Shown in pieces: positions 47,635 through 60,961 of a stretch of DNA of 64,000 bases. The translations under genes were made by a program, and so were the position numbers. The stretch covers positions 868,001-932,000 of the forward strand of contig NW_027191404.1 of NCBI RefSeq assembly GCF_041146345.1, given 5' to 3'. Numbering within the stretch: the stretch's first letter is position 1; every line of letters begins with the position of its first letter. The notes under the pieces were generated by a model, which was not told the DNA's origin, did no database searches, and saw nothing but the letters and a program-made list of their open reading frames with translations. The stretch is from Neodothiora populina. Taxonomy: Eukaryota.

Positions 47635-50600
47635 TCAGATATCCATCATCTCGACGTCTTCTTGTGGATTCTCGAGGCTGTCGTTCACCGCTGGGCCCCA
47701 GTTGCCTTCGTATACTGTGGCTCCCGCTCTTCTCCTGCCGGCAACCCATTGTACGCCACCGCATTCGAGAATCTCGTCGACAGATGGACGTTCGTCTGGG
47801 CAAGGGTTGATGAGCCACTGGACAACCTTGTCAAGTGCTTCGGGGTCGGCATCGTCAATCATAAAGTTTGGTGGGCTGAGTAGATCTTCCCTGCGTGGCG
47901 TGACCATGATGGGTGTGAAGTCGAGATCGTCGCTGAATTGAAGAGTATCATCACTTGACGAACTCACGGGGTCTCCGGAAGCATCGCGAGGTAGGCTGCT
48001 CTCAGAGCTGAAGGTGAGACTGGGGAGGTCACTCAGGTCACCACTCCTCAGTCGTTGCCATGACAGGCCATTGTCAGGAAGGACAATGTTGCCGGCGATC
48101 TCGAGCATGATCATGCCAAGCGAGAAAATGTCGGCGGGTTTGTCAAAGCGTCCCGCCAAAACCTCGGGCCCGATGTATTCGCGGTCACCTTCACCGTCAA
48201 GTCCTTTCGGCGCTGGCCATGAACTTGCCATGCCAAAGTCTGCAATCTTCAGCACGCCCTCCCAGTCTAGCAACACATTCGCGGGTTTGAGATCGAGATG
48301 AATGAAACCTGCGTCGTGAATGCATTTCACACCCTACAATTCGATATTAGCTTGTGGGCATGTATAATGGTGTAGTCTCTGTCTTACCTGGCTCAGCTCA
48401 AGAAGGATCTTCCAGATGCGGAAGTCATCCAGTCGACCCTTGAAGCCAGTCTGTGTGAGAAAATCCTTTAGGTTGCCGTTTTCGCAGAACTCGGTCTGAA
48501 TGTAAAGGTGTCCCTTGGATTCCCAAGTGTCACTAAGGTCGATTATGTGTTCCTGACCGCGAAGCGCCTGCAAGATCTCGACTTCTCGCATCTTTCTTTC
48601 GCGGTCTCGCTGTCCGAGATATGGTTTCTTGGACTTCTTGACAGCCCATACGTTGCCGACTTTCCGGGTGATCTGCTGGGCGGCCGGGCTACCTGGAACG
48701 GGCTTCTCGACACGGTAGACTTGAGAGAACTCGCCTGTGCCAACTATTTGAACGCTATTGAAACGAGAAGTCAAGGTGGTGTCCACATCATTGACACCGA
48801 AGAAGCCTGAGAGCGATGCCCCTGGGACATGGCTCGCGGCGAAACTGTTCCCATGGTCTCTGGGTCCAGTCGGAGTAGCTGGAGGGAAGCTATTTGAGTT
48901 GGTGCTGAGGTTGAAAAGAACGGGACCACGGTGTTCACCAGAGATGGTCAGACCGCTGGGATCAGGAGGTGTGTAACTGTCCTGAGGGGTTTGAGGGACG
49001 TTCGTAGGAGTGCCGTACACTACTGTGCGACCATCTGCTTCAGCACTTGCTGTCGAAGTGAATGACAAAGGAAAACCTCGAGATCGTAGAGGAAGGGGAG
49101 AGGGACATGTCTTGCTTTGAGACTGTCGTAGGTTCATCATAGAGGCAAAGGAATTGGAAGAAGGTGAGCCACATGGTGTGATCGAGAAAGTGGGTGTAGT
49201 GGGTCTCTGGACATTGCTCTCGGACTTCGGTTCCAAGTCCGTGGACAAAGAAGAGAGTGAGAGATACTTACTGTCTGCAGGTGGCTGATCCATTGAACAA
49301 TCGTCTCCATGCGGAGTAACGAAGGTATCGGGTGCGAGGGATGAGCGTCGGCCAAACAGACTGCTGCGTAAGCTGTTTCCCTTTCCCTTGGATGTGGGCC
49401 GTACAGTGCCGGAACCAGTGCTTGCCTTGGTGGGCGTCGGAGGCATCTCATCATTGCCGGAACCGATGTCGAGATGAGCCCTGCCTGAGGGCGACTTTGC
49501 AAAGTCCTCGTCATCAGTGTCGTTGTTGACGCTCAGGAAGCTCGAGCGTCTGTGAGTGCCAGTCTTGGATCCGAAGATGCTCACACCTTTGCCGAAAGAT
49601 TCGGGAGAAGCCTCTATGGCATGGGGACTCCAGGGGGTGGTAGGTGATCCAAATTCATGCTGAGGTCGGGCGAATTTTGCGAATCCGGGAGTCGGTGCGG
49701 GTGTGCCGGTCATGTGCGCCATGGTTGTCTTCTTGGACGGGGTGTCTGGCATATTGAGACTTGACCCGAAAGAGCCTTGTGGGAGGTCGACATTCCGATT
49801 GCGCTTAGAAATCAATCCGGTCGACATGAACGCCGCCGGGAGGGGCTTTGCCATTTTGTACGCCTCGGGGGTTTCAAAAGCGTCGCCAGAGTTCTCGTGG
49901 TTGGATTCGTCTTGGTGCTTCGGTCGAAGTGCGCCAACAGGGAGTGACTTCGAGAATCCTCGGAAAGGCTTGGGGATGAGTTTTAGAACGGTAGTGGGCG
50001 GAGGGGGGAACATCCTCGCCGAGGCTCGATGCTGATGAGGAGGGACTGAGTGTCTTAGACAAAGGATGAGGCTTTGGTGCCGATCTCGACACAGGTCTTG
50101 CCTCAGGTGCGGGCAGAAATGGAAGTGGTTCGAGACCGCGCAACGGCAGCGCACCGTCGAGCGACATTCTCGATCGCGTCCTCGGCACAGATGAGATGGA
50201 CGAAGAAGAATCGATGGAGTCGTAGAAAAGGCGCGATTTTGATGTGCCAGTGCTGGCGCGGTGCTGTAGAGTCGACTTGCGCAAATTGAAAGCTCTCTTC
50301 TGTGGTGACCTCGGTCGAGATGAAGATGCCGTTGATGACTGGAACTCCTCGCTGTCAGGGTTAGCAGGACTGGCTCCGTCCATGCCTTGATCGAAGATGT
50401 CGAATTCGTGACCAAAGACCGCTGTGCCGTGAAGACTTCTCCTCTTAGCTACAGGGCTGACGGTTGCCTGATCCAGGTTCATGACGCCGTCGCTCCGTTT
50501 GAGGGGACTTGATTTCGCAGGGCTCATATGATCACGCATGGCAGCAGACAATGAGCCGGGCAGGTCGGCGCGTGCTTTGAGCAAATCAAATTTGATCGGC

Positions 50601-51079
50601 TCATTGTCCAACTCAAAGCGCATGTCGCCTGCTGTGTCCATGTCGGAGGCGAATGCGTTCTCCTGGTCGTCCTGAGGAATTTGGGCTGTCGGTGCAGGCA
50701 AAGCAGTATTTCCTTGGCTGACTCCGTCACTCAAGGCACGTCTCAAGGAGCTGTTCGGAGATGTTTTGCGTGCGCCCGCATGGATTGGCGCGTTACGTCT
50801 GAGGTGGAATTTGTTCTTCAGTAACGAGTCCGGGACGGCACCTGCACTGAAAGCGCGCGATAAACCAGAAGGCGAAAGTGGGGTGTTTGGCGCCTTCTTG
50901 TTTGGGGACTTGGTTGTTGTGTAAAGTTGAAAGCGCGACGGCTTGGATGGGGAACGTGACAGAGACCGACGCAACTGCTTGATTGAAGGAAAGGCGTCGA
51001 TGGAGTACTGTGGGTGAGTTGGAGATGGCAGGTGAAGTGTTCCGCCTGCGGAACGATGTGGAGAATATTCGAAGTCCAT
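47635..51079 (-). CDS. WEE1: Wee1/Swe1/Mik1-family mitosis inhibitor kinase; intron 48334-48387; frame break near 50000
   Basis: GTGEFSQV, AVKK, YIQTEFCENG, RLDDFRIWKIL, HLDLKPAN, DFG and EGDREY (Wee1-type). The N-terminal region has SSPLKRSDG.MNLDQA, FSKSLP and PAAFMSTGLISK. Confidence 0.93.
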
Positions 51080-54000
51080 GGTTTGAATTGGTGTGTTGAA
51101 TGGATAGTGGGGCAGACGCGGTGATGCCAAAGCAAGTCGTCTGCTTCAAATGCCGTAGCCACTCCTGAAGTCACCTATACCTCAGTCTTTCGCTCGGTGG
51201 ACGGTACAGGTAACTCAGAGCGAGGAAGTCGTGAACAAGGTCGAGTATAGAGTTCGAAACACGGTCGTTGGCGAGCGCGCACAATTGTAGCGTTGACGGA
51301 GCTAGCGCTGAAGTAGGTCGGTGGCCATCAACACGTTGATGGTTAATCCGAGAGGGGATCTTTTCCACAGGCCAGAGGAATCGCAAGAAGACGAAAGAGC
51401 GACTGTGGACGAGGAACAGAGGAGGAAATTGCCGGATAAACGGCGTAGGCGTGAAGAGATGGCGACGTTGGAATGGGGGGCCAATTCGAGGTAAACAACT
51501 TTGGAGTCTTACGGCGCGTCGGGCGCCGTTGAAAGTTCAACGTGATATGTTATGGAGTCAGGTAGACACAAAACAGTCGAGAGAGCAGAGACGCGAAACA
51601 ATGCACAGCAGAGGCGATACAGATGTCGATGATATGGGAAAATGTCGTAGTCGAAGGCGACTTTCGGGAAAGGTGGGAAAGACTACCTACAGGCGCATCG
51701 AGTCCGCATTCGTAGCATTCGCAACTCGTCCTAGCACCCTTCGAAGAGAGAGTACGTGCACTTTACAAGCATCACAGGCCGGGCACAGACACACGGACGG
51801 GCAGAATACCTACAAAAAGCGGGTGCACAGGTGCAGGCTGCAACATGACCGACCGAGAGAAAGCTTGCCATGCATCTGCTCACTCTGCGTTCTGTGCTCT
51901 CCCGAGCGTACACAAACCAACGAACCATGTCAGCTAATCCCGCTAGTACGATAGTATGAGCATGCTCCAGCCCGCACTGTCCACCTCGACCTCGTCCATT
52001 AGCATAACCCACATTCTCGTCACGCAACCGATCCCTGGTCAATATCACGATCCGTCATCACCAACTGAACCTTGAAGAGGCCAGGCTGCAGGCAATCCTC
52101 CTTCCGCCGCCCATGTGGGTGATGGGCATTGGGTCTCGCTGCCGCAATTCGACCCTGATCACCCACACTCACCAATCTACTTTGACCTTGGGGCAGCTGT
52201 TGCCGGTGAGAGGACCCTTGCAACACAAATCCACCAAGGGACCCATGTCTGTGTCGCGTATGTAATATGTATCCGGACTCGGCTGGTATTATTGTACACG
52301 CACGCACGCACAGCACTATGCATGCTTGCGTAATTGTAAACACAAACACGAGAGACATAACCAAGTCACATGACCTGCTCAACAAACAACAATGGTCCAA
52401 GTTTTCCCGTGCACAAGCTCATCATCATATTTCGCGGGCACTGTTCAAGACATCACTACACCGCCGTTGCTTATCTGCTCGTGCTTGTGGAGCGTGTCAA
52501 TGGGCCACGAAACAGTGTCTGTGAATTGCGGATTCCGGGAATCTATCGGTCGTGGCTGACCATTATGAAAATTCACGATTCGCGATTCATGACGCTGACG
52601 AGCCACAAGCCGCTTGCCCGCCTCTTCCCGAGCCCAGATCTACCAAATCTTGCACAGCACCTCGAACCATTTCAACTGCCAGCAATGATGGTGCCCGGAC
52701 CGCCTTCTACACACTGTACCTATGCTACCTTACCTTTACAGTACATCATACAGGTACAAATGAAGTGATGTACTGTAGCTCTGTGCTCTGTGAGGGAAGG
52801 TAATGTACGACGACATAGATGGTCCTGCCATTGCTACTGCTACTACTGCAGTCCACTGCCACGTCTATGAAACGTGGCTTTGCATGATATATGATGTTGT
52901 CCTTTAGGTATGCAGCTGGTCCTGTATCTTGCAATGTACCTTGCTGTAGTTTAGCCAAACTTAGTTCGCGGCCTCGGGAAATCTTATGACATATCGCAAA
53001 CCCTCTGTGCCCTCAATGGCACTTTGCTATTCGTCTACCAAGTTTCATCCTCCCGCAAATGAGCAGTCCTTCTCATGCATGCCATCATGACAACCTGTCA
53101 CCGTTATCTTGAGTTATCGATTTCATTTGGGCGATTGTACTACGAGGGGCCTTTATGTATGCCCGCATGTTCCCCTCCTTCAATGATAAAACTCAGAGCT
53201 GCAGGTTAAAGTACCGGGCGCCAGTTCGGCTTATATGCGGGTACTCGTTGTGTACTCGTTGTGTACTGTATATTTTTATACACGAGCGATCCCACTCGAG
53301 GATCTAACCTACGCTTGCCTGCGCCCTGGGTTGCACCAATGGTGTTCCGGCTGCTCTAACATTTGCATCTGCATCAACTTTCATTTGAATCCGCTTTTAG
53401 CCTTACAATGGTAGGCAGTTGAGTGTTTTATAATCTCGCCAGCGATCACCGCTTCCATGTGTAGTATGCCATTTGTGGAATATCGACGCTCTACATCTGA
53501 GACCCGAGCTTGTCTTGCGAATTAAGCGGTGCCACTTGCAAGGCTGACTCAATAGTGAACAGCACTCGCTTTTGGACCTAGCAACAGGCTTCCAAGATTG
53601 CCTTCTCGAAGACAGATCCGTTACAAGATACCACGGACTTCTTCATGGTCCGTCCAAAAAAAAACACCGCTGATGTACTGAACAAAGATCTGTCCGCCTC
53701 CCGCGAGATGAAGATTGTTCCCCAGAAAATAGATCTCGATGCTCACGTAAAGTTCTTTTACATACAATATTAGTTAGTCCTTATCATATCGTTGCCCATA
53801 GAGACTGTCTTGGGCAGCAACCGCCATTGAAGTCCGGGCGAGTACTGGTTCCTTCGACCGAGATGCAGTCAATGCTAGATCATACTTCTATTTTGATGGT
53901 TTCACCTCTTCAAGGCGCTTACTGGCGCATGGTTTCCGTTATGGGGGCTGTCCTGACATCTTCCGACTCTCGAATGCTCCGACAAAGCACACAAACCGTA

Positions 54001-55215
54001 GACATGATACTCGGGCTTCGAAACTAGGTGTCTTATTCCGAAGCCAAGACTCATATAGGCTTGTATCAGATAGTCACGACCGAATCAGTTGACCCTCCTC
54101 TTCATACGGTCTTAGGCTTGGGGTATGTGGTAGCGACGATGTAGCAAGACTTCACTCTCGACGAGCATGCATGTTTCGTAGCCCTTCAACTTTTGCTTGC
54201 ATCTCAATATGAAAGTGCGGCGTGAAACGACACAAGTCGACACTTGTCTCTGTGGCTGGTGAGACCATCCGCGCCTCGCCCGTCATCGGATCTACGCTGT
54301 ATCAAAAATCTTGATCTAATATGGTGACATGGTCACGGATGGGGAGCGACTACGTTAGGGCGCAAGCTGACACAAAACCGATGCAAGGGCGCTTGCACAT
54401 CGCACGCGGCGGGCACAAGTTTAGATGTACAGCACTCCAACAATTGGACGGGAGTGCATCTACATAATAATGATCTCCCGGGAAAGTAAGAGCACATCAG
54501 CGGACGTATCTCCGTATTGTACATCTCGGTGCACAACTCGACGGTCACGCACTGTGCATTTGAGTACTCTGTCAGGTACACATATAGTTCCGTGTGCCTC
54601 ATATACCATGTGATCAGCTGGGTAAAGCTTGAAGGTTTCGCTCTACGCCTCTGTTCTCCTCGGCCTTGATTTCTACCCCTCGTTCGGTTTTATTGCTTTC
54701 CTGCAGCTACGGTATGCCTACCTAATCTTGAAGATCACCCTCCTGTACGGGAAAGGCGTCAGGGAAAGCCGCATATCCCCAACCCTTGACTAGCCATGAG
54801 TCTGAGACTGCCGCCTATAAACACTGTCCAGGGCCTCCGCGCTGCGCGGCTCCCTCCATGTACATAATCCTCTTCGGGCACTCAAAAAGAAGCACCTCGC
54901 TTGGCTCTGGCTTGTGGAATCTATCGGATGCATTATTTGCGTTTAGAGCGTCCAAGTGTCGCGTCCATTTGATTTCTTGTTTACCTGTTGATGCGCCGGC
55001 GCTCATGTTTCACTTTGGGCCAACGTTACCCATGCATTCGCTGTGAAGTCATCTGAGCACTTGCATTGCGTATCCAAACATCTCATCCGCTCGACGGTTA
55101 GATCTACTCTAGATATCACGCGTCAAACAGACGGATAGGAAAAAAGCAGGGAAGTTTTACAAGACTGGATTCCAAACCGGTATCGCCTTGGGGCTTTCTC
55201 CAGGCTGGCGACAAG

Positions 55216-56792
55216 ATGGATACCTCGATCCTCACTCTGCCATCTGGGGCAACCACTCCAAGGAGTATGCGTCTTCCGAATCCGGAGAGTGGCATGGCTT
55301 GGGCGACACATGTCGATGATCCATGGGATCCATGTATACTTGCTCTTGACGGTGGTGGCATTCGTGGATATTCCAGCTTGTTGATATTACGGTCTCTGAT
55401 GCATAGAATATATGCATGGGAGAAGCGTCTGCAAGAAGAGGATGGCAAAATCGATGGAGAACAACTGGTCAGCGAGGACGAGCTGCCGCCTTGTCATTAC
55501 TTCGACTTCATGTACGGGACGAGCACGGGTGGACTCATCGCTGTCATGCTGGGTAGGTTGAGAATGCGAATCGAAGAATGTCTGCAGGCATACCAGATGG
55601 TTGGAGACAGGCTCTTTGGTCATCGCCGAAGCGTCATACCCATGGCCACAAAATACAAACATGAGCCTCTAGAGAAAGCTGTGCAAGAAATTGTCAGTAT
55701 GCATTGCCATCAACACACTGCATGTGATGGTAGAGATGATCTCCACCCTTGGGTACTCAATCCAGAGGTCCTAACAGACTCTCACGTTCAATCTTGGGAC
55801 CCAGAGGCTCCACGTGTATGCCAGTCTTGCTGCCTTACCGCAGTCCACAACCGCAATGTCATAAATGCACATCTGTTGCGTTCATATCCGCATTTCTACG
55901 ATGATGCAATTACACCCAACTGGTTGACCCGCTACAATGAGGGGGCAGATCCCCTCACCATTTGGCAGACCACCCGCGCCACCTCGGCAGCACCATTTTA
56001 CTTTGAGTTGCTAGCTGCGGAGATCAATGGAGAGATGAGGAACTTCAAGGATGGAGGGATCAGAGAGAACAACCCTAGCAGCGCTGCCTGGAATGAGGTA
56101 TGTCATTGAACCCAAATGCCTCCTGCGACTTTGGCCGCACTAACACCACGTAGTTTCACTCTCTTTATGCGGCCAAGAAAAAGGAAGATCCAGCGGTCTT
56201 GCTGTCCATTGGTACTGGTCTCTCAGATCAATCACAAGATGGTTTCGCGACTGCATGGCCCGGCCCGCTAGGCAATTTCCCTATCATAAGGAAAATCTTC
56301 GAGGGCCTTGAGAAATTCAGTATAGTCCCTTCGCTTCTTGTGAAGTTTACGGATAGTGAAAAGACTCATCAGACCATGAGGAACTACGCAAAAGGGGAGC
56401 ATAAATATTACAAGCGTCTGAACGTTGATACAGGACTTGAGAAGATGCCATTGGACCACTGGGTCAAGGGTCTGTGGAAACCACTTAAAAGTCTTGGTAT
56501 CTCACAATTACAAGAAACCGACCAGGTAGAGGCGAAAGTCGAGCCCGGAGGCGTCAGTCTGACGAAGATGGAGCAAGCAACATTCGCATATCTCAATAGG
56601 GACTTCGATGCTGCTTTCGACTCCTATGCAGCTCCGAAAGACATGATGGACCAAACAGCTCAAAAACTAGTCAGACTGAGGAGGGCACGGGCAAAAGCAG
56701 GAGGCCCAAGATGGGAAACCTTCATCGGTAAACATCTCAGCAAAGAAATGGAGAGCGACGGCGGCAGCACTACAACAGTCAAGGACCGTTGA
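55216..56792 (+). CDS. Patatin-like phospholipase; intron 56098-56153
   Basis: DGGGIRG oxyanion motif, GTSTG nucleophile elbow, RATSAAP.YF, DGG...NNP and LSIGTG. Confidence 0.92.
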
Positions 56793-59700
56793 GAAGCACG
56801 CCAATGCCTTCTGCGACGGAACCGTCGGCCTGAATACAAGCTGGGACGTTCTCATCGCGGCTGGCGTAACAGATACAAAACACTGAAGCGATGTACACAG
56901 GTCCTGGAAAGGTGTCTCTGTGTCTCATGCATACATGCGCACAGCACTTGGTAGCTCCATTTGTGGAGAAGATATGGAGAACAAAGACATTTAACAATTG
57001 ATCTGGTCGAGTCGATCACCGATTCTGCGCACTCGACACCTTCCCAAAAAGTTCTTGGCTGTCTTATTAGCTGTACTTCACATGCATTCACTTCATTTCA
57101 GGACTTGTTTGCTCAAGATAGCGCAAGGTCCTCTACCACGATGTCGGGATCCGAAATTACCTGCATCACTGTCATTTTCATACCTCGAACGACATCATCT
57201 ACAGCATGTTGTCCTCGAACAAAATCAGAGTGCCAGCGCACATGCTACGAAATGGGAGTCTCGAGGGTATCGACTGGGATCACGGCCCTAGCAATTGCCA
57301 CGCTTGTTGTGTGAATAAGGATTATCGCGGCTGTTAATGATTCATATATTTTATTAACGAGCTCGGTTTCACAAACTCAAGCCCCCACACATAACCTTTC
57401 ATGTTTTCATATCTAATCATCACCTCTCGCCTATATTCGATACATTTTCATAACATAGCACAAAAAAAAGGTTCACAGAGTCTCCGGCTTATAAGCCACG
57501 CTTGTTGGCCGAAACAATGGAGATAGGATATAATAATGAAACGAGTCAACACCATGAAAGCCGCGAATATTAGTCCCTTTTGCCTCCCGTCTCCACGGCG
57601 CTCCGCCCACAAGCTAAGATTGCCCACTAAGATAAAGCGCGATTGCGGTCACTAAGATAGATCGTCTTGAGTGTGCCTTTCCCTCATGGACAAGTTTCCG
57701 AAATCTTTGTGAGCTTCTTCTTTAGTGCCAGACATGGAGGGGGTTGGGACAAAGGGACGGGAGAGGGGGAAGAAGTTGATCAGGCACTAGAGTAGAAGGG
57801 ATACGCGATGTACTTTGGTACCGGACACTCACTCTCCACCGCAACTTTGCATGCTCGAGGACAAGTGAAAAATAAGGCTTCCTAAGCGAGGGGGATATGA
57901 GTGGCTTTTGTCAATCCTACTTCGATTTCTCTTGAATCACGCTACTCGCGACCTTTTCCTTGTCGTAACACATGTCGGTAGTGTGAGTAAGGTGAGTGAG
58001 GCCATGTCTACTCGGTAACTTGGCCGAATGAGGAAGCCCCATACGATGCGACGGACAAAGGAGATACGCTTTTCTTGTCTCCCTTTATCGATTGTACCTT
58101 ACCTTACCTTACCCCGATTTCTTTGGCTCCCGTCTACATGATTCAAACAGCCATGTGTTACTCGGTACTGGAACTCGTAAAAGACAAGAGAATGGTACAT
58201 GTGGGATACTCGCATACCCTGTTGCGACTTCCGAGTCTACAAACGGTACGACTCGGAGCACTTCAGGCATGCGATGCTCTTCGCTGCATAGTAATTTCCG
58301 CTCTTTTGGACATTGAATCGTGTCGGTGGTGTCTCCGCTTCTTCCTGTTTGCGCATTTGCCTCTCGAGCTCCTTTTTCAAGATACTCGGCGCTATTCCAT
58401 CAATGCGACGCGAAGCCACATAGCAACCCGGCTTTGGAAATGAGTAAAAGGGGAGAGAGGAGGGCAAGGAATGACAACAACAAAAGCGATAGAATAACAA
58501 CAAACAAGCGCGGACCTTTTCCAGAAAAGGACAACCGACCATGTAACATCAAGCAAGGGCTTTGTCTAACATCCAGGTAACGTGAGAGATCTGTAGACCC
58601 GAAAAAGACAAATGCCGCAATTCGGTTTCAGAGCAGCGAGAAGATAGCAAAGAAAATAGAGAAAAAGCCAACTAAAAAGAGAGACTAAGACAGCGCCGCC
58701 CTCCAGCTAGTATTGAAGCACTATATTGCCTTCCGATGGTGCTAGTTGCGTGCTATTTCGTCGCCGTGGTCTTCGTCTCGTCTCTTTTCCAACAAGTTCA
58801 CAAGTTCGCATCTATGTACCCCACCCGACACTGCCTCAGGTACCCGCTGCTGCTACCGCAGCTACTACTTTGGAGCATTCTTTAATATGGAAAAGACCTC
58901 TTCTAGACTATTTGAAGTTACTCGCTCCGGGTGTTCCGGATTAATTTATTCTCTTGTGCTCTTTCATGGCCCTTACTATGTTGCCGGCCTACCTTTTGCG
59001 GGCTTTTTTTGCTCTGGCGCGCTATTTTGGATTCTTCCTCTGCTTCTGATCTACGCTCTGAATACGTAGGCAGCTTTTTTCTTGCAGTTCCTGATCGTCT
59101 CGTGTGCGCATCCCACGGCTTTCCCATTTTCCTCCTGTCCTCGCACTAATTGTAGGACCTGCTGGAGTCTGAACGAGTAGGTCTGTTTCAGGATACATCG
59201 AAGCCCTCCCATTTCCTTGCCCTTGTGCGGTTTCTTCTCTCTTTCGCTGTTTGCCTTTTCTTCTATTTCCCTTCACCGCCATGTGATCGAGATCGGCAAT
59301 TGGTGAGAATGGCCTTCTTTATTTTCCTTGCATTGGTTCCCTCGTATCGACGTGCAAAGAGCCTATAGCATGAGTAAGTAGTGGCATGCATGTCACTGCC
59401 CACCCGCCCGCCCGCACCAGATTCACCGGAGCAGGTCCCGGTAAGTATATCCAGCCACTACTGTATTCTTCTCCTTCCCTCCACCGCCTCGATCTTTTCT
59501 TTCATCTCCTCTCTCGTCTTTTCTTCCCCACCTTTTCTCGTAGAGCTATAAAACCCAGGAAGAAGAAAAACAGGGAATAAAGGACGAGTTTGTGCATTGG
59601 CTTGCTGTTGCTGCTGTAACAGAGAAAACCGCGTGTTGCACTAGTGAGAGAGTCTTGTTGGTTTTGCTGCTTATCCCACTTGTCTTGCTTAATCGCGCGA

Positions 59701-60873
59701 TTTTCATTCTGTGGCTGTGGACGTTGTCCAGTTGACCGAGGGCTGTCTTTGATTGCTCGGGCGAGAGAGAAAGAGAGAGAGAGCACCTGGTGACACACGC
59801 CACTTATTGTTGTTTGCTTTTGCTATAGCTGTTGCTCTTGCTATGGCTCAGTAAGTGAAGTCTTTTGGTGAACGCACATCGACGATGCTGCTTTGACTTG
59901 GATCTACCTACTTGTCTTTCGTATTGGAGCTGTTACGCCTGAGTTTGATGGTAGGGGTACCCTGTTCGTGTCGGCGGACGTTTGACTTGGGAGTAATGAG
60001 CTGTTGGCCTTCCTCACCTGGTGTCTGTGAATTCATCACGGTGTGGGAGATTAGAACAATAACAGTCAGCAAGCAAGCAAGCAATTCAGTATTTGCATAT
60101 ATTTCTATGTTCGATCCTCATTGAGCACAATTTCGGCGGGTTCAAGAGCAACCCTGTCCGATATCTACTATTTCCCCTCTGCCAATGCTTTACTTTTACT
60201 GTTTCAGCCGAGCTATATCCAAGTATCTGCATATCCGTGAGGTTCATGGCGGTTCCAGTCAGAATGATGAATAAGTGAAACAACGCAGACGCGCATTCTG
60301 ATTCTGCACGCATATCAACTCAGACAGCCATATGTCTTTGAACCTGGTTCTATCCTATGCGCCTCCCCTTCTCGTCCTCCCGCCACCATACCACCATGGC
60401 GTCCGCCTGCTTGAACTAGAAGAGGCTGGAGGTGAATATATTGGAGGAGCGCAGGCACACACCCGCGCAAGATCTCTCAGGGTCCTCTATACTTTGCTAT
60501 GTGGGACCGTGCCTCTGTCCTGGAGCATCGAGACATCGAGGCAACTCCATGGCATACGCGGTCAGTCGTTTCTCTCCGTGAGCCTGTCCACCGCGCTGCC
60601 TCGAGATATGTCGTCATCCCTTGAGCGATCGTCGCGGCTCCTCCGATTAGAATAAAGGCACGAATTCCTTCAGGCAAGAATGGGCGCATGAAAGAGTAAG
60701 ATGCTTTTGAGGCGTGATCTTCGTCAACATGCTATCATGAGCACGAATCTACCGAATATGGCAGGAACGACTCGCAAAATATGCCCACCCCTAAAGTGGT
60801 GAATGTACCGCGTTCAATCCTCGATTGATTAACAAGTGAGTAGCGGTAGATGTCAAAAAAGATACAAAAGCAA

Positions 60874-60961
60874 TGGTCAGTACGGGGGTCGAACCCGCGA
60901 CCTTGGCGTGCCTTAGCAGAAGCTATTAGCACCACGCTCTAACCAACTGAGCTAACCGACC
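60874..60961 (-). tRNA. tRNA-Ile(AAT) with a 14-nt intron (60910-60923)
   Basis: Reverse complement folds as GGTCGGT/ACTGACC acceptor stem, GCTC/GAGC D stem, TGGTG/CGCCA anticodon stem with CT-AAT-A[intron]A, and GCGGG-TTCGACC-CCCGT T arm. T-runs follow downstream (60855-60869). Confidence 0.96.

Noticed and set aside
50015..50415. N-terminal extension of the 693-aa wee1 ORF
   Set aside because: Off-frame reading; the conserved Wee1 N-terminal motifs lie in the 49874..51130 frame.
53241..53267. 11-bp tandem duplication GTACTCGTTGT
   Set aside because: Isolated slippage duplication with no associated element or target-site structure.
60263..60301. C/D-box snoRNA candidate (ATGATGA...CTGA)
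   Set aside because: The boxes span under 40 nt, and I recognised no rRNA-complementary guide.
60910..60923. tRNA intron as a novelty
   Set aside because: It is at the canonical 37/38 position, and such introns are common in filamentous ascomycete tRNAs.
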